Source of the DNA: Diplonema japonicum
Taxonomy: Eukaryota > Protista > Euglenozoa: Diplonemea
DNA: 64,000 bases
Assembly (NCBI GenBank): GCA_964019335.1
Contig: OZ025717.1
Span: 1-64,000 of the forward strand
Direction of reading: 5' to 3'
Positions 1 through 8,755 of the stretch are shown one piece after another (positions within the stretch are counted from its first letter, which is position 1; each line of letters starts with the position of its first letter). The notes under the pieces were generated by a model. The model had not been told where the DNA came from and searched no databases. It was given only the letters and a program-made list of their open reading frames with translations. The position numbers and the translations under genes are program-made.

Positions 1-265
1 CGGGTTTGCGGGTTTGCGGGTTTGCGGGTTTGCGGGTTTGCGGGTTTGTGCGGGTTTGTGCGGGTTTGCGGGTTTGCGGGTTTGCGGGTTTGCGGGTTTG
101 CGGGTTTGCGGGTTTGCGGGTTTGCGGGTTTGCGGGTTTGCGGGTTTGCGGGTTTGCGGGTTTGCGGGTTTGCGGGTTTGCGGGTTTGCGGGTTTGCGGG
201 TTTGCGGGTTTGCGGGTTTGCGGGTTTGCGGGTTTGCGGGTTTGCGGGTTTGCGGGTTTGCGGGT
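1..265 (+). repeat. Telomere-like tandem octamer (TTTGCGGG)n, ~33 units, two 10-nt variants (CGGGTTTGTG) at 41-60
   Basis: Directly visible near-perfect tandem repeat running off the window start; G/T-rich on the + strand; ends abruptly at ...cgggt|ccaacac. Confidence 0.95.
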
Positions 266-1178
266 CCAACACCCCTGCCTTCCCGTATCCAGGGATCGCA
301 CGGTCTATTATGTCCCACTCCCCGATGTCCTCACCCGGGGCCTCGGAGGGTTGCTTACCTGCCTTTTGTAGAGCTACCGATCGGGACTCATCAAGGAGCA
401 TCATCATCGACTCCTCCTCTCCGACTGCATACTCGTAGTGGTTGCCGTTGTACGCCAGCACCACCACCTTCTCGTGGTCGGAGTTGTACTCCCCTATCAT
501 CAGGACTGGGTTGTTCCCCCCAGCAACCACGAGTATCGTGCGGCCAAACGCTTGTGCTGCGGCTGCCAGGCACAAGTGGTCTCCCCACGTCGCTGCTGTG
601 CCCATCCCTTCCAAGTACCGGCCCCAACCCTCACTGCAAAACGGGGCATAGTGCTCCTCCCGGTGTTTCATCCATTCTACAACCTCGCTCCTGATGTGGG
701 TGTGGTCGCCGTAGGCTTCCCCGAGCGAACCGGCCAGGGCGTGGAACATGCAGTTCCCGTCCTTCTCCGTCGATCCCCTCGTCAGCTTGAAGCTCTTCAT
801 GATCTCGTCCACTGACTTGCCGGCCCTGGGTTGTTTGTCGGGGTTCACAGATTCCGCTGCCTGTGTAGTGCACAGTGCGTCTGGTTCGACGAGCACGCAG
901 CACACGTTCCACAGAGGTTCACCTTCATGCTCCTCGCCTGCTCTTGTTTCACAAAATGATGGTGGACCGCATTGAGGTGTTTAACTAGACAGCTTGCCAC
1001 ACTGGTGCGGAAAGAGCAGTCTTCCATCCGGCATTGATGTTTGTCTGATCCTTCTTTTTCCCCCTCCTTCTGCGCCTCCATGTGCTCATCATCCAAATCC
1101 ATGGGGGGAGGGTCACCACCTCCTTGCAACGCGTCCCCTGCCAGCGTCAAGTCCGCAAAGGGGTCCAGGTGTTCGGCC

Positions 1179-1183
<5 letters not shown>
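266..1183 (-). mobile_element. Retroelement segment C: C2H2/CxxC zinc fingers plus OTU-like cysteine protease, frameshifted, cut off by the octamer repeat
   Basis: ORF 845-1321 has CRMEDCSFRTSVASCLVKHLNAVH and CGTCAACSSNQTHC. A third minus frame, open into the repeat and absent from the ORF track, reads ...EKDGNCMFHALAGSL...IRSEVVEWM...YLEGMGTAATWGDHLCLAAAAQAFGRTILVV...LAYNGNHYEY (OTU Cys and His motifs at ~732-761 and ~429-443). A 1-nt frame change is needed near 860-880. Assignment to the retroelement family is inferred from context. Confidence 0.7.
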
Positions 1184-1228
<45 letters not shown>

Positions 1229-1241
1229 TTTTTTTTTTTTT

Positions 1242-1303
<62 letters not shown>

Positions 1304-1315
1304 TAGTTTTTTTTT
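1184..1315 (-). repeat. ~130-nt poly(A) tract on the element sense strand, candidate poly(A) tail of segment B
   Basis: Near-pure T run on + strand, preceded on the sense strand by a 6-bp stem-loop (1318-1334). Homopolymer runs are common in this genome, so the tail interpretation is tentative. Confidence 0.55.
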
Positions 1316-2900
1316 CCGCACCCAAAAGGGGTGCCAAAATGGGGCTGGACGGACGCAGATGCCTACAGGGGGTTTTTGTAAGTTTGAAAACCGAAAATTC
1401 CGGATGCAAATTTGGCTCCGCGGTGTTCTTGGTGTTCAGGCTCCCTGTCTGCCAGGGCTGGCCCACCATGGCTGTTTTCACCGCCTTCCTTGGGGCCATA
1501 GGTCTTTTGTTATTTCCCTAAACTCCTTCTCCTTGGCTTTTTTTTTTCTTGGCGTCCGCCGTAAAATTGGTGATATTTTGATAAACAAGAGAGGTATGTA
1601 TGGGGGAAAAAGTGCATGCTCAGTGTTGGGGGGGGTCCGGAATAGTGGTTTTATCCGCCTCTTTTCACCCATGGGACGGAAAAGCCCCCGCCTTGCCGAT
1701 CGCGATGGAAGACACGGTTTATGGTTCCCATGCCCCCCACCGGATCGTCTTCTACTCCTCTTTTCACTTTTTTTATTTTTTTACTAGTAAATTAAAACTT
1801 CTCTAACAAGGCGGGAGAAAAAAAAAATCTGGCATGCACAAAAAAGTGGTGATAAAGATTCGAGTTCGTGAATCACTTATCGATAGAGGAGAAAAAGGCC
1901 TCTTTCTTCTCTTTAATTTTTCTCTTTTTCAAACCTCCTTTGATGATAAAATAAAAATTTAAAATTTGGTTGCCGTTCTCTTTCCTTGTTTTTCCTTTTA
2001 TTTTCTCGGCGAACCTGATGCAAAATATAATAAACTAGGGAGGAATGAATCTTTTCTTTTCTTTTCTTTTTTTTTTTCGAGGGGGGGTAGGGTTGGGAGA
2101 AAGAAAATAAAGAAAAGAAAAATAAAAAAAAAGTCGCAGACGGCAGAAAAAATTTTTGAGAAAATAAATAAAAAGGGGGACTTGAGAAAATAAATAAAAA
2201 GGGGGACTTGAGAATGTTTTTTTTTTTTTTTTTTCTTCAAAAGACACACAAGGCACGATAAATCTTAAGAGAAAATAAAAATATTCCAAAACAGACAATC
2301 AAGTTCCAACCTGGGAGGAAGGCATGGGTTTCTCTTTTTCTTTATGGGAGGGAGAGGGGAAGAAGAAGAAGCAACTCCAAATGATAAAAATTCAAAAATA
2401 AAAATCTCAAAAAAGGCTTAAAAGAAGAAGAGGCAAATTCAAAAACATACTAGGGAGGAATGAGTGGGGCAGGGGGTAAAATTTAGGAGGGGGAAAGAGG
2501 GAGAATCAAAAAAGGGGAAAGGGGCAGAGTGACCAATGTCCATGCGAAAAAGCATAGAGCGGGGGAAGAAGAAAATCAAAAACAGGAAAAACACATCACC
2601 ACAAAAGAAAAAAGAAAAAAAAAAAAAAAACGTCGACCGAGATGGTTCCACTTCAAAAAGAAAAAGAAAAAGAAAAACAGAAAAATAAAAAAAAAAAAAA
2701 AAAAAAAAGGAAAAACAAAAAGAAAAAAAAAAAAAAGGAAAAAAAAAAAAAATCTAAGTGGTTCTATCTAGCCTGGCCGTTGTAGCACCTGTTCCTATTC
2801 TTTTATTTTTCCCTTTTTTTTTTCTCAGAAAAAAAAAAAAAAAGTTTCACATCTTCCTATGGCGGGGGGGGGGAGAACAGCCCCCCACACCCCCGCTGGC

Positions 2901-5900
2901 CTATCTGGCCAGCGAGCCTTTGGACCTCTTCTTGTGGGGTATGGGCCCCACCCGTGCCCTCCCCGACTCGAGCTGCAGCCAAGCCACCGCACTGTTCACC
3001 GGGGCCCAGTTCTCCTTGTTGCGCACCTTGACCATGTCCCGCACCAGGTCGTCGCTCCCCAGCTCTTCCATCAACCTGTGCTCCGCCAAGAACTTGAACT
3101 GGGGCCCGGTCATCCCCTTGAGCTCACCCCTGCATATGTTGGCTTCGACCACGGTGCCATCCGCCCCCGTACCCTTCAGATAGATGTAGCCACCCTCCAC
3201 ACAATCCGAGTCAGTACTGGCCGATCGGGCCCGGGCCCGCTTCTTGTCCTTCTTGCTCCACTTCAGCTCTTCCAGGGTGGGGAGGTCCGTGGCAACCACC
3301 TCAGGCCGCCTCTCCCTGTCTTCCTCCTTCTTCCGGGCCAACAGCCCAAGGTACCTCTCAAAGGAGACGTCCTCGAACAACCCCGGGACCGTCACCACCG
3401 CTGACTGCAGGTCGACCTCTTCAACACCCATCTTCCGCAGATGGTCCTGGACAGTGCGCCTCGTCTCCTTCTCGCAGGGCCCCCTCCCCTCGTAGACGTC
3501 GAGGGTGACCTTCCTTCCATCCCTCACCCACGCCTTCACTTTGATCAGGTCCTTGACCTTTCCCACTGGGGCCCTTATCCTTGCGTCGCACCTCTCCAAG
3601 AACTCACGTAGTGTCACCTTGGTAGCGCCGGCTCCCGCCGCAATGTCCACTACCCCTTCCTTCCCCGGTGTCGGGTGGTGTCTGCACCCCCGGGTCTGCA
3701 ACTTGACCACCCTCCATGCCGTTTCCAGAGTCCCCTTGAGCACGCCACCCTTGAAACGAACAGGTTGCACCGCCGAACACCCACATGCGTACGTGATCTG
3801 GAAATCCTGGACCGTCCTCGGGAACTCGAACTCGCGGTATGTTTCCGACTTCTGCACCTCACAACCCACAATGCGGCTGCGGCGCTCTCCGTCCGACCCA
3901 CCCTCCAAGCTTGCGAAGTACTGCTTTACCATCATGTATCCAAGTCCAGCAATACCAATCTGGCCAGCCATAGCCACCTCCAGCGGAACACCCAGCGACT
4001 CGGCCTTCGCAAGAAGCATCTCCTCAGTCCTCTCCCTTCCAGGGTCCGTTCCTTCTTCAAGGATGATCTCCACCCGGCCCTCGAACTGGATGATGAACTT
4101 GAGCAGTCGGTCCCCCGGCCTCGCCCTCAGTGGCACCATCGCTCTCGGAATTGGGATGCCCATCACCACATCAATCGGGTCAAGCTGAACGAAGTCTCCC
4201 CCTACTTCCACCTGCTGTTCCCTTTCCGGTGCCCCGACTCCCATCAGCTGATCTCCCTCCGGCGTCTGGATCCCACCCCTAGGTGTGTCAGGCCCCGACT
4301 GGCTGCCTCCGCTCGGTGCGTTCCCGCCCTCTTTGGTCCCTTCGGGGGCGTCATCCGCCTGCGGTTTCAGAGTCCTCCCACCGCCCTGTCTCTTCGCAGC
4401 TTGTTCCCTACAGAATTCGCTCACGGTCATCTTCCTCGTAGCAGTTGTCGCACTCTGGTCCCCCTTGTTCGAGTCCCTCTGGGCCTCCGTATCCCCCTTA
4501 GGACACTGGTCCAAGGTCTGGTTCACCGCAGCGTCAGTCGCCCCTTGTCTCTTCCCATCTTCCTGGGCCTTCGGGTCAAGCTCCCCTCCCTGCCCAGCCC
4601 TCTCGCTGGATCCTGTTCCGACCATCTCCGTGTCTTCTCCTCCCGGCGAGGCTGCTTCGAGTCCTGCTCCCGCTTTCCCTTGTGTTCCACCCTCCACCGG
4701 TTCCGCCTTTCGCTGCTGCTGCATTCGGGCGTCCAGGTCCTTCTTCGTCTGCTCCAGAAGGGCATCCAGCTGGTGGGCCACCGTGATTGGGGGTCCGCCT
4801 CCCTGTCCCTTCACTTCCCTCTCGGACGACTCCTCAGCTTCGGTGGTTTTTTCATTGCCGAAGGAGTCCTCTGTGAGGTCAGTGTTGGATTCAGTGTTGG
4901 GTTCGTTGTTCGCTTCCTCGTTGTCCTTTTTTTCCTCTTCGCCGTCCGGTACCGGGGGCCCTGGATCCAACTGTACAGGCCCTTTGACTAACAGCGCCCC
5001 TGCTATCGATCTCATCATGGCCGTTGACACCTCTTGGACCACACGCCTGTGTATCGAGACTCTGTCCCCGTGAGCCCGCGCAGCTATGCTCCTGGACAGT
5101 TTCTTCGTGAGGTAGACTGCTGCCTCCCCGAACCCCCCAAAGGTCTCCATCGCGAAAGGTACAAAGGCCACGCGTGTCTTGGCGAGCTCCGCCTCATACT
5201 TCTGGCGCTTGTAGTGTTCCGCCTTCGCCGCTGCGTATCCCGCAGTCTTCGCCGCCTGGTTGACACAAGACTCGTTCCTCGGGTGCACGATGACCACGTC
5301 CATAGCCATTGGGCGGGAACCCCCCACCCCACCTGGGAAGAACACGTCCGCCGGGCGCTGGGACGACCCCGGGATCAGCCCCGTCTTCTCCATCGTTGCG
5401 CTCACCCCGGCCCACTGACAGTGTCTGTGGATGGTCTCCTTCACCCGGTCGTGCCTCGCAATCCTGGCGTTGCCGCATCCCTGGGCATGGTCACCCCATA
5501 CGTCCATCCCCTCAGTCTTGCACCTCGGGTCGTGGCAGCTCTCACCCTGCTTGTAGACCGGAGCCCCCAACCACCACTCCGTCTCAGCTCGTTCCTTCGC
5601 CGCTTGCTTGGCGTCCTCCTTCTTTTTTCTGCGTCTTGAGCTTCTAGGCGGGCCCAAGTACACCGGCCGGTAGTGACCTCTCGATCCGCGTCTTGTCTTC
5701 TTCAGCTTTACCGGTCCGAATCTCTGGGTCGGGCCAGCACCAGCTTTCCCCACCATCACTTCCACCATGGCCCAGAGCGACATCAGCCCCCCTATCCAAA
5801 CTGAAGTGCTTCCCACCAGAGTGCCCCCTACCGCTAGCCAAGCGAGCTCCCCGGCGGACCATTCATCCCCTCGGGGCCCCACCTGTACCCTTGACCTGCG

Positions 5901-7409
5901 GGTGGTCCTCCTGTCGCTCCCCGGCCTCTTCCACAACACTGCCGCATGCAGGAAGGAGGGGGCCATCCCGATGCCCGCCCCCAGCACCTGCCTCACCCCT
6001 GGGATCAGCAAGAGGGAGAACAGGGCGACCCAGGCCCACGCCCCCAGGTGCTCCCATCTCACCCCTTCCTTGCTGTGTCCCGTCCGTCTGCGGTGCCTCC
6101 TTGTGCCGGTTGCAGCCCCAGGTGCCGGGATTCTGGGTGCCAGGGGTTGGGCTCCAGGCGTTCCCACCTCGGTCCGCTTCAGCCCCATTGCAGGGTCATC
6201 TGGCTTCTGTTCCAGGGCGGCCTCGTGTTCCTCTCTGCGGGCCCTCCTCCTCCCTTCTTTCCTCGCACGACGGTGCCTTTTCTTCTCCTGTCTGGCAGCC
6301 TCCCTCGCCCCCTCCCTCGCCTTGGTCCTCTTCTCCCGACGCCTCTGAAGGGCCGCTTCGCTCCTGTGCCTCCTCCTGTTCTTCTTCCGCTTGGGCGCTG
6401 GCTTAGGTTCCCTGCCACCCATGGCAATCCAGGGGGCTCTTTTCTGTCTTCTCACAAGGGTGTGCAGTGGTGCTCTCACGTCGCTCGCAGCCTCCGCCCC
6501 AACCACACCTTGGCGGGCGGTGGGGGTGGGTGCTGGGTCCCCCTGGTTGTTTGAAAAGAAAAAAGGTTCCTCCTTGTTTGTTTTTTTTTTTTCTTTCCCT
6601 TCCACCCTCAAAAAAAGCCCCCGGCCCTTGGGGACCAGGGTGTACACCTCCGTAGAGGGTCCAGAAAAAATGGGGGGCAGAGAGGGAGGGGCACTACCTT
6701 CTCTCGGGCGTGCTGTCTCTCCCTCTGCCTTTTTTTCCTCCGAAGAGGGTCTGTTTTTCACCTCCGTGGAGGGTCCCTCTGGAGAGGGCTCTATAAAAGA
6801 AAAAGGGGGGGACAAATGGGGGGGAGGAGCACCACCCTCTCTCGGGAGTGCCACCTCTTCCCCTTTCTCTCTATTTTCCTCCGAAGAGGGTCTGTTTTCC
6901 TCCGAAGAGGGTTCTAAAAAAAAAAGGGGGGCGGGTGGGGCACTATCCTCTCTTGGGAGTGCCACCCCCCCTTGCCCACAAAAAAGGGGATCTAAAAAAG
7001 GGGGTTCGTCTGTTAACCCAGGGGATGGGTCTTCCTGGGGTGTGCGGGTGAGCTTGGGGCCTACCGCACGCAGGGTGATCGACACCCTGACACCAGTGGA
7101 CATCCCGGACGGGATGTGGTGCGTCCACTGGTGTCTCGCTTCACCTTCCAACAATGCCCATGAGAAGGGGGGCACCAGGTATTTCGCCACCCTGTCCCCC
7201 CTCCTCATGACCATTGTGGTCTCGGCTCCGTACGAGAGGACTAGGACAATCGGTCCCAGCCTCGCGTCGTCCTTGTGGGCGGCAATCCCACAACCAGACT
7301 TGTACTTGTTGACAAGTACCTGGTTGGGGACCACCTCGAGCCCTGCGGCGGCGGCCACCTCCCTCACCCACCCCTCCGCCCCCCCTGGGATCCCCGTGGT
7401 GGGGCGCAC
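2901..7409 (-). CDS. Retrotransposon polyprotein: AlkB-type 2OG-Fe(II) dioxygenase (~7065-7335), Pro-rich repeats, Arg-rich and hydrophobic segments, CCHC knuckle plus restriction-like endonuclease (~4990-5580), unknown C-terminal region; no RT core
   Basis: AlkB motifs VNKY, HKD, WTHHI, RVSITLR. RLE motifs CHDPRC..DHAQGC, RHDRVK, RPADV, DVVIVHP, KRQKY, FVPFAMETFGGFG. The leader ATG (7438) is out of frame with this ORF, so it may be a pseudogene. Confidence 0.8.
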   Translation of the reverse strand: MRPTTGIPGGAEGWVREVAAAAGLEVVPNQVLVNKYKSGCGIAAHKDDARLGPIVLVLSYGAETTMVMRRGDRVAKYLVPPFSWALLEGEARHQWTHHIPSGMSTGVRVSITLRAVGPKLTRTPQEDPSPGLTDEPPFLDPLFCGQGGVALPREDSAPPAPLFFLEPSSEENRPSSEENREKGEEVALPREGGAPPPHLSPPFSFIEPSPEGPSTEVKNRPSSEEKKAEGETARPREGSAPPSLPPIFSGPSTEVYTLVPKGRGLFLRVEGKEKKKTNKEEPFFFSNNQGDPAPTPTARQGVVGAEAASDVRAPLHTLVRRQKRAPWIAMGGREPKPAPKRKKNRRRHRSEAALQRRREKRTKAREGAREAARQEKKRHRRARKEGRRRARREEHEAALEQKPDDPAMGLKRTEVGTPGAQPLAPRIPAPGAATGTRRHRRRTGHSKEGVRWEHLGAWAWVALFSLLLIPGVRQVLGAGIGMAPSFLHAAVLWKRPGSDRRTTRRSRVQVGPRGDEWSAGELAWLAVGGTLVGSTSVWIGGLMSLWAMVEVMVGKAGAGPTQRFGPVKLKKTRRGSRGHYRPVYLGPPRSSRRRKKKEDAKQAAKERAETEWWLGAPVYKQGESCHDPRCKTEGMDVWGDHAQGCGNARIARHDRVKETIHRHCQWAGVSATMEKTGLIPGSSQRPADVFFPGGVGGSRPMAMDVVIVHPRNESCVNQAAKTAGYAAAKAEHYKRQKYEAELAKTRVAFVPFAMETFGGFGEAAVYLTKKLSRSIAARAHGDRVSIHRRVVQEVSTAMMRSIAGALLVKGPVQLDPGPPVPDGEEEKKDNEEANNEPNTESNTDLTEDSFGNEKTTEAEESSEREVKGQGGGPPITVAHQLDALLEQTKKDLDARMQQQRKAEPVEGGTQGKAGAGLEAASPGGEDTEMVGTGSSERAGQGGELDPKAQEDGKRQGATDAAVNQTLDQCPKGDTEAQRDSNKGDQSATTATRKMTVSEFCREQAAKRQGGGRTLKPQADDAPEGTKEGGNAPSGGSQSGPDTPRGGIQTPEGDQLMGVGAPEREQQVEVGGDFVQLDPIDVVMGIPIPRAMVPLRARPGDRLLKFIIQFEGRVEIILEEGTDPGRERTEEMLLAKAESLGVPLEVAMAGQIGIAGLGYMMVKQYFASLEGGSDGERRSRIVGCEVQKSETYREFEFPRTVQDFQITYACGCSAVQPVRFKGGVLKGTLETAWRVVKLQTRGCRHHPTPGKEGVVDIAAGAGATKVTLREFLERCDARIRAPVGKVKDLIKVKAWVRDGRKVTLDVYEGRGPCEKETRRTVQDHLRKMGVEEVDLQSAVVTVPGLFEDVSFERYLGLLARKKEEDRERRPEVVATDLPTLEELKWSKKDKKRARARSASTDSDCVEGGYIYLKGTGADGTVVEANICRGELKGMTGPQFKFLAEHRLMEELGSDDLVRDMVKVRNKENWAPVNSAVAWLQLESGRARVGPIPHKKRSKGSLAR
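6660..6975 (-). repeat. Three degenerate ~110-140 bp tandem units encoding (V/T)A(L/R)PRE.(S/G)APP...EPS/GPS
   Basis: Repeats VALPREDSAPP / VALPREGGAPP / TARPREGSAPP and repeated NRPSSEE in the translation. Confidence 0.75.
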
Positions 7410-7462
7410 CTTGGCGTTCGTCCCCTCCCCGGATCCATTTTTTTTTTTTTTTTTGTTTTATA

Positions 7463-7643
7463 GTGTTGGGGGGGAGGGGATCCTTTCGTTGAGCGGCGGG
7501 CAGGCCGACGGGCAAAACAACCCCCCCGGACGACGGCGACGACGGACGACGGACGCAGCGGCAAACCCAGGCAGAGGCGGCAGGCACCAGCAGAACACGA
7601 ACGACCAATAAAGTACAGAAACTGTAGCTTTAGAATCGTTGGT
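7463..7643 (-). repeat. 181-bp direct repeat copy 1 (SL + element 5' leader), identical to 8575-8755
   Basis: Base-for-base match at an offset of 1112 bp; both copies are followed by an A-rich run and ATGGATCC. Confidence 0.95.
7606..7643 (-). other. Spliced-leader exon copy (nt 2-39): ACCAACGATTCTAAAGCTACAGTTTCTGTACTTTATTG
   Basis: 38 nt with the euglenozoan SL core CAGTTTCTGTACT.TATTG and a diplonemid-type 5' end (A)ACCAACGAT; one nt short of the canonical 39. Confidence 0.92.
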
Positions 7644-8755
7644 ACACCCCCTTCCAGCCCATGTTCGTATTTGGGATTCAGCTCCTTGCACTGCTTCATC
7701 GTCGACGCCCTCGAAGCCATGTTGGCCGCGCGCAGGTGCTCCTGGCAGCTCCTCATCCCAAGCCCGCCGACTTTTACGGACAGTTTCGCCTGCTGCCATT
7801 CTTTCGACCCGTTCTCGAACTGCATGCCGCACACCTTCGACATCGTCTTCCGCACCATCTCGTCGAACCTGTGCATGACCCCTCCCACATGCGAGTCTGG
7901 GACCACTCTCATGTAAAACACCAGTTTGCTGTATGAGCAGCAATACCGGAGAAGTGTGTACCCTGTCTGCCTCCCCACCTTGGTCAGCATGTCGAAGTTC
8001 TCTTCCAGCACGTCCAAGCGTTTGTTCAGAAAGGCTTGCGTGTACTCCGGCGATCCTATCGGCGCCCCCAGGAGCATGAAGTTCCTCTCTTTGTGGAAAT
8101 TCTCTTCTGTCAGGCCATCGAAGCCTGTGTCCTCCACTTCAACAATAGCAGGGTCGGCTGCAGGGGTCGTGGTCGCGGCGGTCGTGGCTGCGGCAGGGGC
8201 GGCTGCGGCGATCGGGATGGCAGGGTCGGCTGCCTGGGCAGGGTCGGCTGCGGCGTTCAGGGCGGCCGGGGCTGTCGCAGCCGTCGTGCTTGCGGCTGGG
8301 GTGGCCGTGGCTGTAGCAGGGGCGGCTGCTGCTCCCTTGGTCGTGGTCAAAACCACGGTCTCTACTTGTATTTTTTTTAATGTAATTTTTTCTAAAGGGG
8401 AGTGGGGGGATCTAGGGGGTGGGGATTCATACTGCCCAACCAGATTGCCAGGTTGGGTGGGTCTCGGCGCCGTGTGCTGCGGGCTGCGGGCTTGCTCCTG
8501 CGGGCTGCGGCTGCGGCTGCGGTCACCTCCTCCTGCGAGTCGTCTTGGATCCATTTTTTTTTTGTTTATTGTGTGTGTTGGGGGGGAGGGGATCCTTTCG
8601 TTGAGCGGCGGGCAGGCCGACGGGCAAAACAACCCCCCCGGACGACGGCGACGACGGACGACGGACGCAGCGGCAAACCCAGGCAGAGGCGGCAGGCACC
8701 AGCAGAACACGAACGACCAATAAAGTACAGAAACTGTAGCTTTAGAATCGTTGGT
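7644..8755 (-). mobile_element. Retroelement segment A: SL-headed, internally deleted and 3'-truncated CRE-like element retaining only the end of the RT and the thumb
   Basis: ORF from ATG 8554: MDPRRLAGGG..., Ala/Thr/Pro-rich linker, then NFMLLGAPIGS..YTQAFL..RL...YTLLRYCCSYSKLVFYMR...QAKLSVKVGGLGMR, typical of the CRE-clade RT domain 7/thumb. It stops where the next SL begins. Confidence 0.8.
8718..8755 (-). other. Spliced-leader exon copy (nt 2-39), second copy
   Basis: Identical to 7606-7643 with a different upstream flank (GTTCC| versus GGTGT|). Confidence 0.92.

Larger units (their letters stand above)
1184..7643 (-). mobile_element. Retroelement segment B: SL-headed, RT-less CRE-like non-LTR element (AlkB + RLE endonuclease + long C-terminal extension)
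   Basis: Starts with SL nt 2-39, then the shared 5' leader and ATGGATCC (7438), then a 1502-codon frame. The 3' boundary is inferred from the poly(A) tract. Confidence 0.75.

Noticed and set aside
6-694. Plus-strand ORFs with RVCGFAGL repeats
   Set aside because: Translation of the stop-free octamer repeat plus the antisense of the OTU segment.
1966-2771. Poly-Lys/poly-Phe ORFs here and at 38-39, 42-43, 45 and 60-63 kb
   Set aside because: Translations of homopolymer-rich non-coding DNA.
7560-7568. Single GGGTTTGC unit in the element 5' leader matching the terminal repeat
   Set aside because: One 8-mer can occur by chance, and it has the wrong polarity to template the G-rich strand.
7463-7643. 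Bona fide SL RNA gene (the SL is followed by GT)
   Set aside because: First SL nucleotide missing, no shared upstream promoter between copies, no T-tract terminator; the sequence leads into an A-run and ATG of a retroelement ORF.
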